This document shows, in pieces, positions 54,815 to 64,000 of a stretch of 64,000 bases of DNA. A model generated the notes under the pieces. That model searched no databases. It was not told the DNA's origin and saw nothing but the letters and a program-made list of their open reading frames with translations. Position numbers and translations under genes: made by a program. The stretch's first letter is position 1. Every line of letters starts with the position of its first letter. The stretch is from Hyaloraphidium curvatum SAG 235-1 (taxonomy: Eukaryota; Fungi; Monoblepharomycota): contig JAIVFI010000010.1 of the NCBI GenBank assembly GCA_025558095.1, positions 744,001 through 808,000 of the forward strand, read 5' to 3'.

Positions 54815-54829
54815 ACAAAATAGAGAGGG

Positions 54830-56345
54830 CTACATGTTGGTGAACACCTCGACGCCCTCCCCGCCCCCGAACACGTAGTACATCCCCTTCCACCTGTCCG
54901 GCTTGTCCGACACCCACCCCATCCTCTTCATCCAGCCGTTCCATCCCCCCTGGTCCTTCCCCGGCGACCCCGGCGCGGGCGACGGCGAGCGCTCCCGGTC
55001 GCGCTTGACGGCGTCGACGCGGACGGCCGAGGCGGCGAGAACCGTCGTGCGGACGGTGAGGAGGCGGGCTCCGTGTTCGACGCGGGTGTTGGGGGGGAGG
55101 AAGGTCATGCTGGCGAGGGCGGAGGAGCGTAGGGTGGTGAGGAGGCGGTCGGTGCTCGGGGGGAGGTCCGTGTGGAGGGACTCGAGCCCGGGTATCTGAG
55201 CGAAGGGGTAGTCCAGCTCATTAGGGCGGCGGAGATCCAATCGTGCGACCGAGGAACCCACCCTCTGGCCCGCAGGGTCGACCTCGTCCTTCAGAACGAG
55301 CCGTCCGGGCGAATTGGCGGCCAGCATCCGCGTGAGCAGCATGTCGGGTGCCCTCTTGGCGTCGACCTGATCGTCCGCCGGCAGCGGAGGTAGGTCGCCG
55401 CGCGCGGTCTCGAGCGCGAGGTCGGTTGGGTCCACCTTGATCCCAGCGGGGTCGACCACGTCGAGGCCGTTCTTGTCGAAGGTTTTCCTGCGGTGCTGGG
55501 TTCGAGCACAGCGACGCATCGCATCGCAGCGCGACCCACCACTCAATGGTCGCCACGAGGTACTTGACGACCCCGCCGCTCCCGTCGCAATCGCTGCACG
55601 TCACCCAACCCGTCGCGCCGCACGTGAAACACATCCTCCATCCGTCCCCGCCACACGACCCGCACCGCTCCCGCACGGTATCGTGCCTTTTCACCCCTGG
55701 CTCCGTCTCCACCCATCGGCTCTCGGTGCGCCAGCCGTCGCCGCCGCACGAGCCGCACCGGTCGCGGCCGGTGCCGTGGCAGACCCAGCACATCGTCCGA
55801 CCGCGCTCCGAGCATTCGGAGCAGGGGTGGCGCTCCTCGGAGCGGGGCAGGCGGGCGTCGACGGAGGCGTCCTTGGCGGGGAACGAGGAGGGCGGGGCGG
55901 CGGCGATGTCCCACAGAAGGGGGGGGGAGGGAAGGGAGTACGACGTGCCCCCTGACGAAATGAAAGGCCCGCGGCGACGATCGAGTAATGGAATCGCGTT
56001 CAGGAAAGCCATAAAGGTCAGGAACGCGTCTCGAGGCCGGCATCCCGCCGCGGGCTCACTCCTCCAGGGCTCCTGCGCCTTCTTCAGCGACCTCCGCTCG
56101 AATGCCACGCGCACCGTGCCCGCGAGAAGCACCAGCGGCGGGCTGACGTGCAGCGAGTAGCGCGCCAGCCGGTCCTCGGCGTCCTTGAAGAACTGTTTCA
56201 CCGCATGGTTTTTGGAGTAGACCTCGAAGAGAATGCGCCGCAGCTCGTCGTGGTCCGCCGGTGGGGACGGCAGGCCAAACGAGGCACTCCACGGGACCGC
56301 ATCGTAGGCCGGAGGCGGCTCGGAAGGGGGCACTTCTAGCGACAT
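54830..56345 (-). CDS. SSUH2-like protein with DnaJ-type CxxCxGxG zinc-finger repeats, 1 intron
   Basis: LLWDI...F...DARLPRSE, six CxxCxGxG-type repeats, and C-terminal YYVFG...EVF. Confidence 0.75.
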
Positions 56346-56450
56346 CGCGTTGCGGAGCAAGGGGTTGCCGAGCGGCCTCCAGTTGACACCTCTCCGACTG
56401 CAGCCCCTAGCCAGTCGACGCGTCGACGGCACTTTCACGACGCGTCTGGG

Positions 56451-57098
56451 ATGCCTCGACGTGCTGGTCACTCGTCGCCGGGCGGGGATGCCCTTGCCAA
56501 GGTGGTCATCGTGCCGGGCAACGGCGCCGGTTGCATCTACTTCAACTTCTACGAATGGCTGCGCGACATGCTCGTCGCCGAGGTGCCTGGCGTGACGGTC
56601 AACATGAAGGACATGCCCGACGGCGACACGGCGCGCGAATCGATTTGGCTGCCCTTCATTGAGGACGTCCTCGGGGCGGACGACGAAACGATCCTGGTTG
56701 GCCACTCGAGCGGCGCGCTGGCGGGGCTCCGGCTCGCGGAGCGGACCGAATTGCGAGGACTCGTGCTGGTTTCGGTGTCTACGACGGATCTGGACGACGA
56801 AAACGAGCGCGCGAGCGGATACTTCGACCGCCCTTGGGATTGGGCCGCCGTTAGGCGGAACGTGCGGCACGTAGTGCAGTTTGCGAGCACGGATGATCCA
56901 TTCATCCCGCTGGAGCTGCAAAGGGAGGCGAGGGACGGGCTGGAGGCGGCGGGAGAGGCCGAAGGGGTGCTGGAAGGGCACGAGTTCGAGTACATCGAGC
57001 TCGAGGGGAAATCCCACTATTTCGACGAGCAGCAGCCGGAAATCTTGGAAGCGGTGAAGAAATTGATCGAGCGGGTGGGCGGGGAGGACTCGTCATAG
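56451..57098 (+). CDS. RBBP9/YdeN-family serine hydrolase
   Basis: VIVPGNG, MPD...ARESIWLPF, GHSSG, ENERASGYF, STDDPFIP, SHY. Confidence 0.9.
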   Translation: MPRRAGHSSPGGDALAKVVIVPGNGAGCIYFNFYEWLRDMLVAEVPGVTVNMKDMPDGDTARESIWLPFIEDVLGADDETILVGHSSGALAGLRLAERTELRGLVLVSVSTTDLDDENERASGYFDRPWDWAAVRRNVRHVVQFASTDDPFIPLELQREARDGLEAAGEAEGVLEGHEFEYIELEGKSHYFDEQQPEILEAVKKLIERVGGEDSS

Positions 57099-57198
57099 TT
57101 GATATGTTGACGAGTGGGTAGCGCCTAGTCATCGGTCTGCTTCCCATCCCCTCGCCCCCACCCCCTCCCCCCCACCCCCTCCCCGTCCCAACAACACG

Positions 57199-57960
57199 AT
57201 GGCGTCTCCTCCGGACCGCGACGCCGTTTTCGCCTTCATCGCGTCCCGCCCCGCACCCGTCCCCCAGCCCACGCCCGCCCAGGCCGCCGACTTTGAGGAG
57301 CTCGACGGCCGCCTCGCGGACTTCGCCGCCGACTCCGCGCTCGCGGAGCTCTCCGTGCCCGCGCTGAACGGCCTGCGGAGGCTTTGGATGCATCGCCGTG
57401 CGGAACAGCTTGGACTGAGGTCTGAGTCGTCGGGCGAGGGCCAGGTCAAGGACCTCCGCGTGGAAAAGCCTCCCGGGTGGTCCGCCGCGACGGTGCTCCC
57501 ACCCGTACCCAAGCCCACGCCCACCCAGGCCGCCGACTACGCCGCGTTCGACAGGATCCTCGTCGACTTTGCGGCGGACCCAACCTGCGTGGAGCTCAAG
57601 GTTACCAAGTTGGACGCCGTGGAAAGGCGATGGATGCATGACCGCGCGGAGCAACTTGGGCTGCTGGCCGTCGCAGTCGGGCAGGGGCAGTTCAAGGACA
57701 TCCGAGTTCAGAAGACCCCCAAGACCATCCCCACCAAGGCCGCTGACCGCGCAACGTTCGACAAGCTCCTCGCCGACTTTGCAGCCGACCCAACCTGTTT
57801 TGCGGTCGAGGTGACCAAGTTGAACGCCGTGCAAAGGCGCTGGGTGCATCGCCGCGCGAAGGAGCTTGGGATGCTGTCCGTCGCTGTCGGGCAAGGGCAG
57901 TTCAAGGACATTCGAGTTGAGAAGCCCCCAGAGTGGCCGGTCGCGGCGGTCCCTTTGTAG
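57199..57960 (+). CDS. Protein with three tandem R3H domains
   Basis: Three ~70-80 aa repeats, each with L...RR(L)W(M/V)H.RA..LGL...SxGxG..K. Confidence 0.75.
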   Translation: MASPPDRDAVFAFIASRPAPVPQPTPAQAADFEELDGRLADFAADSALAELSVPALNGLRRLWMHRRAEQLGLRSESSGEGQVKDLRVEKPPGWSAATVLPPVPKPTPTQAADYAAFDRILVDFAADPTCVELKVTKLDAVERRWMHDRAEQLGLLAVAVGQGQFKDIRVQKTPKTIPTKAADRATFDKLLADFAADPTCFAVEVTKLNAVQRRWVHRRAKELGMLSVAVGQGQFKDIRVEKPPEWPVAAVPL

Positions 57961-58228
57961 GCCCCGCGGCCTCGACGAGCAGGAAGAAGGACCGTGCGCG
58001 GCGAACGAGGCAAAGAAGAGGCAGAAGATGGAGGCGTGCCAGCAGGCGCTGACGCGAGCTCCACGCGTCGGGGCGCTCTACCACTACTCGGGGATGGGAC
58101 CGCTGTGCGAGGACTGCGTGGAGGGGGATCCGGAGCTGGAGAGGCTCAAGTGGGAGCCCAAGGCGTCGTTTCGGCATTGAAGGAAAGGGCAGAAGAGTCA
58201 GATCAATTCACTGATTACCTCGTATACG

Positions 58229-59200
58229 TCACTCATTGAAGATTTGAACCTTGATGGCCCCCGACTTGCGGTCCCTCGCCGCCTCGAACGCCTTAGCCGC
58301 GTCCCTGAGCGGGAACCTGTGCGTCACCACAGCCTCGGTCAACTTCGGCCCCAGCTCGCCGATCATCGCCGCTGCCTCGGCGAACGCCCGCGGGGTGTAG
58401 GCGGACGAGCTGAGCACCCCTTGGTTCTTCTGGTGGAACTTGAACCCGATCTCCACAGGCCTGGAGAGCCCGCCGAGCTCCACAATCAGCCCGCCGGGGC
58501 GGGTGGCCTCCACGCAGGCGTCGAAAGCCGGCTGGCTCTTGCCGACACACTCAAACGACACGTCCGCGGAGCTGGTTTGGGCCTCAGCGACGACGCGGCC
58601 GCCCAGCTTCTCGGCGGCCGCGGCCTGGTGCGGGTGGCGGGCGACCACCGCCGGCGTGATCCCCTTCGCAGCGAGGACGGCGACGGTCATCAGGCCGATG
58701 GTGCCCGCGCCGTAGACCAGGCACTCGGTGTCCTTATCCAGATCCTTGACCAGCGAGACGCCGTACACGGCGACGGCCAGCGGCTCCACCAGCGCCACGT
58801 GGGCGGGGTCGGTGCCCTCCGGCACTGGCACCAGGCGGTCCCTGTCGACGAGGCACGCCTCGGCCAGCCCGCCCGGCCTCCGGATTCCGATCAGCGTGCC
58901 GAAAGCGTCCTTGCAGGTGTTGCCCAGGTCCTTGTTGCACTCGCGGCACGCGCCGCACGCGCCCGTGGGCCGGACGGCGTAGAGCTTCCCGTCCGGGGCG
59001 AACCCGCCGAACTCGTGGCCGGGCGTGAGGCCCTCGCTCGGCCACGGGAGCTTCCCGTCCATGATGGTCAGGTCGGTGCCGCAGATTCCGGCGGCGGTGA
59101 CGCGCAGGGGGACGGCGCCTTCCTCCTCGGCGAGAGGGCGGTGCACGGTTTCCAGCAGCGGCTGGCCGGAGCGGAAGACGACGGCGTTCATCGTAGTCAT
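58229..59200 (-). CDS. Zinc-dependent medium-chain alcohol/polyol dehydrogenase (MDR)
   Basis: GICGTD, GHE, CGACREC...C, LVEPLAV, GAGTIG, THRFPL. Intronless. Confidence 0.9.
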   Translation of the reverse strand: MTTMNAVVFRSGQPLLETVHRPLAEEEGAVPLRVTAAGICGTDLTIMDGKLPWPSEGLTPGHEFGGFAPDGKLYAVRPTGACGACRECNKDLGNTCKDAFGTLIGIRRPGGLAEACLVDRDRLVPVPEGTDPAHVALVEPLAVAVYGVSLVKDLDKDTECLVYGAGTIGLMTVAVLAAKGITPAVVARHPHQAAAAEKLGGRVVAEAQTSSADVSFECVGKSQPAFDACVEATRPGGLIVELGGLSRPVEIGFKFHQKNQGVLSSSAYTPRAFAEAAAMIGELGPKLTEAVVTHRFPLRDAAKAFEAARDRKSGAIKVQIFNE

Positions 59201-59394
59201 CTTGGGCGCGCGCAGGAACTGAAGGGAAGCTCGGCTGCTGGTCAGGACAATAGAAGAGGGTGGCGACGTTGAACGACGGTGCGGGAGACACTTGCCGAGG
59301 CCGTACCACTCGCCCGCGCCGCGACTCGATCGGTGAGGCAACTGTGGCAACTCCAACTCGGCAAAGCGACCCGGGTATATTGATCAGCCATCAA

Positions 59395-60929
59395 TCAGAC
59401 CCTCCACAGCATCACCGCGTCCCCGGCCGCGGTCGCCAGCACTGGCTCCGTGTGGTGCCAGCTCAGGGTGCGGGCCATCGACCCCGGCATCGGGATCGGA
59501 ATCGGCTTGGGTACTGCGATCCGCGATGCGGTTAGGCGAACCTGCAGGTGAAGACGGATGGCGGTTGCACCCACTCCTGGAGTCCAGATTGAAGAGCCGG
59601 ACGAGCTCCGAGGTGCCGGGGCGCAGGTCGGTCGGCGAAGGGCGAAAGGCCGAGATAGCGAGGGCGTTGCCGGCCCGCGAATACCTGGCGACGTCGACCA
59701 ACCCGGAATTAGCTGGATCCGATTGCCGTCCGACCGCACGCGGCCCACCTGAGCAGCCCGCCCTCGGGGAACGACTCCCCTCCCCCGACCAGCCCCCTGC
59801 CCACTTCCAGCAGCCCCCACTTTCCCTCCGCCGCGACCACCACCGTCCCCTCCGGCCCCCATTCCCCGTCCGTGCACCGCGCGCCGGGGAACGGCGCGCA
59901 GCTCCACGCCCAGCTGCCCGACCGCCACTCGAGCACCTTGGCGCCGTCGCCGCACGCGCAGAGGAGGATGTGCCGGTGCTGTGGGTGGAAGGAGAGGGAG
60001 AGGGCGGGGGAGGGGAGGCGGTGCCGCGCGAGGAGGTGCGGCGCGGAGGAGGAGGTGGGGAAGAGGTAGATGGACAGGAGGCCGGCGTCTGGAAGGCGAA
60101 CTAGATGAGAAGGCGGTCCAGATGCGAGCTCAGGTAACTTCTACCTGTGCAGACGGCGACCACGCGGCACGGGCCGGACACTTGCGGGTGCTCAACCCGT
60201 TCCGGGGCGTGCGAGATGGCAAGCGCCGTCACGGGGCCTCCCAGCAGCGACACCGCGTGGCTCGTCTCGTTGTGGTAGAAGATCAGGTCCGACGAGGCGT
60301 ACCCGACCGCGAAGCTGGCAAGAGAGGGCGAGGCGTTAGATTCGCCGGCCTCGTGTCCGCAAGGGGTTCGCACATGAGCTCGGCGTCGACCCGCCCCCCC
60401 CGTTCGTCCCAGCGCGTTTCCGGGCTGAACCTCAGACACGTCGCACGTGCCCCGGCCTCGTACGTCTTGGCGAGCGCGTACTTCCACTTGCTGGAATGGG
60501 GGACGCGTCACCCCCTGTCGCCGACGCGTGCCGACGAAGGACGCACCCCTTCGCCGCCGTTGAGCCCGGCTGCTCGGCCCTCGCCTCGGCCTCGAAATCC
60601 CGCTTCAGCACCATGATCGAATTCGCTGTGGCCACGGCCAGCAGCCCCGCCGCCCGGTCCGAAGGGGCAAACTCGGCCAGCACGGGCGGCCCCCCGGCGT
60701 TGCGCACCCGCTCCGGCTCGCCCTCCGCCATCTCGTCGTCCTCCGCGGCGTCGGCGAGGCGGCGGTCGGCGCGTTTGGCGCCGAAGAGGGGAGTCGGGGG
60801 GAGGTAAATGCGGGCGAGGAGCGCCGCCGCCCGGCCGGGAGAAATCGGCAGCGGGGCATTCAGGTCCGGCGCGGGTGGGGGAGCGGCACTGTCGGCGCGG
60901 GGAGCGCGGGCCGAAGTGGTCGCCAGCAT
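59395..60929 (-). CDS. NUP37: Nucleoporin Nup37-like WD40 protein, ~5 introns
   Basis: Spliced segments LAKTYEAGARATCLRFSPETRWD, HRLPSPALSLSFHP and LSWHHTEPVLA...MLW recall Nup37 (AWSPETRLD, LHSPGMSVCWHP, LSWHRTLP). Confidence 0.65.
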
Positions 60930-61147
60930 CGCTGGGGCGGCGGGAGGCGGGGCTGAATGTAGAGGAAGAAACGGGACCGCCGACGCGTCCCGCAGGTCGG
61001 TGCCCCGGGATCCACTCTCGCTTGACCGACGTTGAAGATCATCATTCTAATGAATCGATGCCAAGCAAGATGCTACTAGGTCTACCACGAGCAATTCCTC
61101 AAGTTCGTCGGCGCCCACCCCAAGATCTATGCTCGCAAGGCCGCGGA

Positions 61148-62757
61148 TCAAGCGGACCTCGGCTTCCCGTCCGAATCCAGCTCCACGTCGGGCCCCACCG
61201 GCGGATCCAGCTTCGCGATCGCCATCCCCTGGAGGATATGCCTCGCCCCCTGGCCGTGGAAGTAGACCCCGCCGTTGAACGCCGCCGTGACGTCGCGGCC
61301 GAGGCTGAGCTTAATCAGGTGGCGGCCGCCGGGGTGGTGGGGAAGGAAATCCGCGACGTCGTAGATGACGTTGGAGATGCAGAGGAGCTTGCGACCCTCG
61401 ATGTGCAGGGCCTGGACTGCATGCATGGCAGAGGCTGTGGTGAGCGGATGCCGCCGTCGCTGCGGCGTTCGAACCCACACTCCTCCCACGTCCACGACGG
61501 CAGCTCATCCTTGCGAGTTCCGTAGCTCAGCCGCGCCTTCTGCCTCGCCAGCTCCTTCTCGATCTGCAGCAGCTCGCCCTTGCGGATCGCGTCGTCCGGC
61601 ATCGTCCGCAGCCCGTGCGCGAGGCCGAGCGCCGCCGCGCCCCGGATGAGCCACTTGGTCGGATCGTACTGCCACCACCGTATCGCGTTGCGGTAGTCAT
61701 GCGGGAACTCGTGATGGAAGTTGTGGTATCCCTCGCCTCCGGTCACCAGGGCGGTCAGGAGGTGGTTGCGCGGGGTGAGGCGGTCCGTGTAGGTGGCGTC
61801 GCCGAGGTAGTGCGCGAGCGAGTTGACACAGAAGGTGGCGTGGTGCACAACGACAAGACGGGTGATGCCGGCGTAGAAGAATCCGCCCTGCCGATTGCGG
61901 CGCATCAGCTTCGCCGCCGCCTGCGACCGCGCTTAGCTCGAGACCGACCTTCCAGTCGCCCCACCCCACCCCAGCCACCACCGCGGGCCAGATGAATCCC
62001 ATGAGCAGCGCCAGCATGCCGTAGTTCCGGTGCTGCCACCGGACCATCCCGTCGGCGTCCAGATCCAACACGTCGATGGGGCCGCGGTTGGCGGGGTCCT
62101 CCTTGGTCAGCATCCAGCCGATGTGCGACCAGAGGAGGCCCTTGCGCGCCGAGTAAGGATCCTGCAACGGGAGAAAGGGTGAGCTCTTGCCCGAAAGAAA
62201 GCGTGTCGTCCGCGGGTGACACGTGGCCGGCACCAGCGGAAGCCCACTGCGCTCGCTCGGACGAAACACCGCCATCGCCTTCCTTGCATCCCCCCCCGCA
62301 CCTTTCCGCGGCCGATGCTCACCCTGTACGTGTCCGTGTACCGATGGTGCTGCCTGTGCCCCCGGCCCCACCACCTCACGCTGCCTTGCACGGCGCCGGT
62401 GCCCCCCAGCAGCAGCCACCACCGCATGAGCGGGCCCGCATCGTAGCTCCGGTGCGACCAGTAGCGGTGGTAGCCCGCGGTGATCCCGAAAATGCTCCAG
62501 AAGTAGTAGGCTGCGGCCCAGATGGCGGTCGGGGCCACGAGCGGGACCGTGACGAGGCCGTACAGGGCGAGCAGGGGGGTGACCGTGAGCAGGAGGAAGT
62601 GCGTCCAGTTGATGCGGTCGAGAGAAGTCGGGAGCGGCGGGTCCGCGGTCTGTCGCAGGAACTCGGGCGCGACGAATCGCGGGGCTTCGGGCGCAGGGGG
62701 CGCGTGCCGCCGAGGCCGTGGTTCGTCCAGGGGCCGGGAGGCCGCGGAGTGAGACAT
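61148..62757 (-). CDS. OLE1: Delta-9 fatty acid desaturase with C-terminal cytochrome b5, 3 introns
   Basis: His boxes HRYWSH, HRQHH and HNFHH; DPYSARKGLLWSHIGW; b5 motif YDVADFLPHHPGG. Confidence 0.95.
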
Positions 62758-62828
62758 CGCCGCAAGAAGTGCAGCCTCGGTTTGGCCGGACACGTCGCGG
62801 GCCCTCGCTATTCTATTCGGCACGCGGC

Positions 62829-62834
62829 TTTATA
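62829..62834 (-). promoter_or_regulatory. Candidate TATA box of OLE1
   Basis: TATAAA ~70 bp upstream of the ATG in otherwise GC-rich DNA. Confidence 0.4.
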
Positions 62835-63297
62835 GCGAGACGCGTCCCCGGATCCGGCCGCGCTGGCTGGTGGCCGGTCGGCGGAGCTCGGGAGCCCTGA
62901 TCCGAACCTGCCGCACCCTGATATCCGGCCAGCAGCCTGGGAGGCTTCGACCATATACGTCTCGATTGCGATTCAGGCAGAGTCCACAATCTCGTATGCT
63001 GTCACCCCTTTGGAGCTGCCTCGCCGACCTGCCGGAAAGCCTCGTCTGGGAATCAGCGTCGGTGCACCGCACTTTGCCACCCATGCTATCTTGCAGAGGG
63101 GAAAAGCGAAACAATGCCATTCGTATCGCTGTACATATTGGCCTCGCGAATGGAGAAGATAGTCCATTGGGCTTCCGTTTCAGGGGCAATCACTCTCCCT
63201 GCCCGTGGGCACGCCCCGACCTCGAACGGCGAACACGCATCGCCTCGATTCCTCTAGTCCCCCATCGACACGTTCCCGACGCGTCTTTCTCATCGCG

Positions 63298-64000
63298 ATG
63301 ACCGCCCTCCGCGTCGTGTCCCTTCTACCTTCGGCCACGGAGCTCCTGCTCCTTCTTCCCTCCGCGCGGACCATGCTCGTCGGCCGCAGCCACGAGTGCG
63401 ACTTCCCGGCCTCGATTTCCCACCTTCCCGTCGTCACCGGTCAAAAGACGACGTTCACGACGACCGAGGACGTGGACCGGCAGGTCTCGCAGGCGCTGGG
63501 GGAGGGCAAGTCGCTGTACACCCTCGATGCCGACGCGCTCCGGCGCCTCAAGCCCGACGTGATCCTCACCCAATCGCTGTGCGAGGTGTGCGCAATCGAT
63601 GTAGGCACCGTGCACCGCGTGGCAAAGACGATGGAGCCGCGGCCCGAGGTCGTGACGCTGAACCCGGCGTCGCTGTGGGACGTGCTGGACGATGTCAAGA
63701 CGGTGGGGCGGAGCGTGGGGTTGGAGGAGGAGGCGAAGACCGCAGCGGCAAATCTGAGGGCGAGGATTGACAAGGCGACGGCTTTTGCACAGGACCGGCT
63801 CAAGGAGGCGGGCGGGAAGCGGCGCGACGTGCTCTTTGCGGAATGGCCGGTGCCCCTCTTCCCCGGCGGCCATTGGACGGCGCAGATGATCGAGATGGCA
63901 GGCGGCTCGCACCCAATCAACCCGCCCAAGGGGCCAGGCCTCGCCGCGGGGCCGTCGCGGCGTACGCCGCCCGAGGAGGCCGCGCGCCACGCGCTCGACG
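63298..64000 (+). CDS. BtuF/TroA-like (cobalamin/Fe-siderophore binding protein family) protein, truncated by the window edge
   Basis: RVVSLLPSATE, LVGRSHECDFP, LKPDVILTQSLCEVC, EW...GGHW..MIEMAGG. Absent from the ORF track because it has no stop in the window. No signal peptide. Confidence 0.85.
   Translation, partial: MTALRVVSLLPSATELLLLLPSARTMLVGRSHECDFPASISHLPVVTGQKTTFTTTEDVDRQVSQALGEGKSLYTLDADALRRLKPDVILTQSLCEVCAIDVGTVHRVAKTMEPRPEVVTLNPASLWDVLDDVKTVGRSVGLEEEAKTAAANLRARIDKATAFAQDRLKEAGGKRRDVLFAEWPVPLFPGGHWTAQMIEMAGGSHPINPPKGPGLAAGPSRRTPPEEAARHALD

Noticed and set aside
59395-60929. CDT2/DTL assignment for the WD40 gene
   Set aside because: Only a short N-terminal resemblance; the SPETR, SP..S..HP and LSWH motifs fit Nup37 better.
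1-64000. Bacterial origin or contamination of the whole window
   Set aside because: Bacterial-like genes are interleaved with intron-containing eukaryote-specific genes (OST4, MIC10, NUP37, OLE1, NHA1) and share their codon style.

Overview
High-GC, gene-dense eukaryotic DNA with short (mostly ~50-65 nt) GT-AG introns carrying CTGAC/CTAAC branch sites. The gene content (OLE1 with C-terminal cytochrome b5, NHA1, OST4, MIC10, NUP37) indicates a fungus. An early-diverging, chytrid/monoblepharid-like lineage is my inference, not something I can show. About 40 protein-coding loci are recognisable, and most long ORFs in the supplied track are GC-driven shadow frames. Highlights: (1) Five copies or fragments of one uncharacterised 7-transmembrane family. 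The intact copy is at 28047-29636. Its topology and C-terminal hairpin/TM7 pattern resemble the insect OR/GR-like 7TM ion channel superfamily (7TMIC, including plant DUF3537). It adds a conserved cytosolic H-x3-D-x2-CPC-x4-C motif and a likely extracellular disulfide, and appears to be undergoing birth-and-death turnover. (2) An intact single-ORF CRE-clade non-LTR retrotransposon (zinc fingers, RT, RLE) at an internal site abutting a decayed MYND gene. (3) A divergent pair of membrane-anchored, bacterial-like methyltransferase and GT4-GT2 genes. (4) A candidate aromatic-catabolism cluster (ThDP enzyme, MBL hydrolase, MhpA-like monooxygenase, FAH). (5) A nuclear uS3m-like gene, a ZZ-finger/GH35-like fusion, a 14-nt microexon in MIC10, and a recurring C-rich to G-rich sense-strand switch at exon and gene 3' ends. 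No tRNA, rRNA or CRISPR array was recognised. All family assignments come from motif recognition by eye, and exon boundaries are manual predictions.
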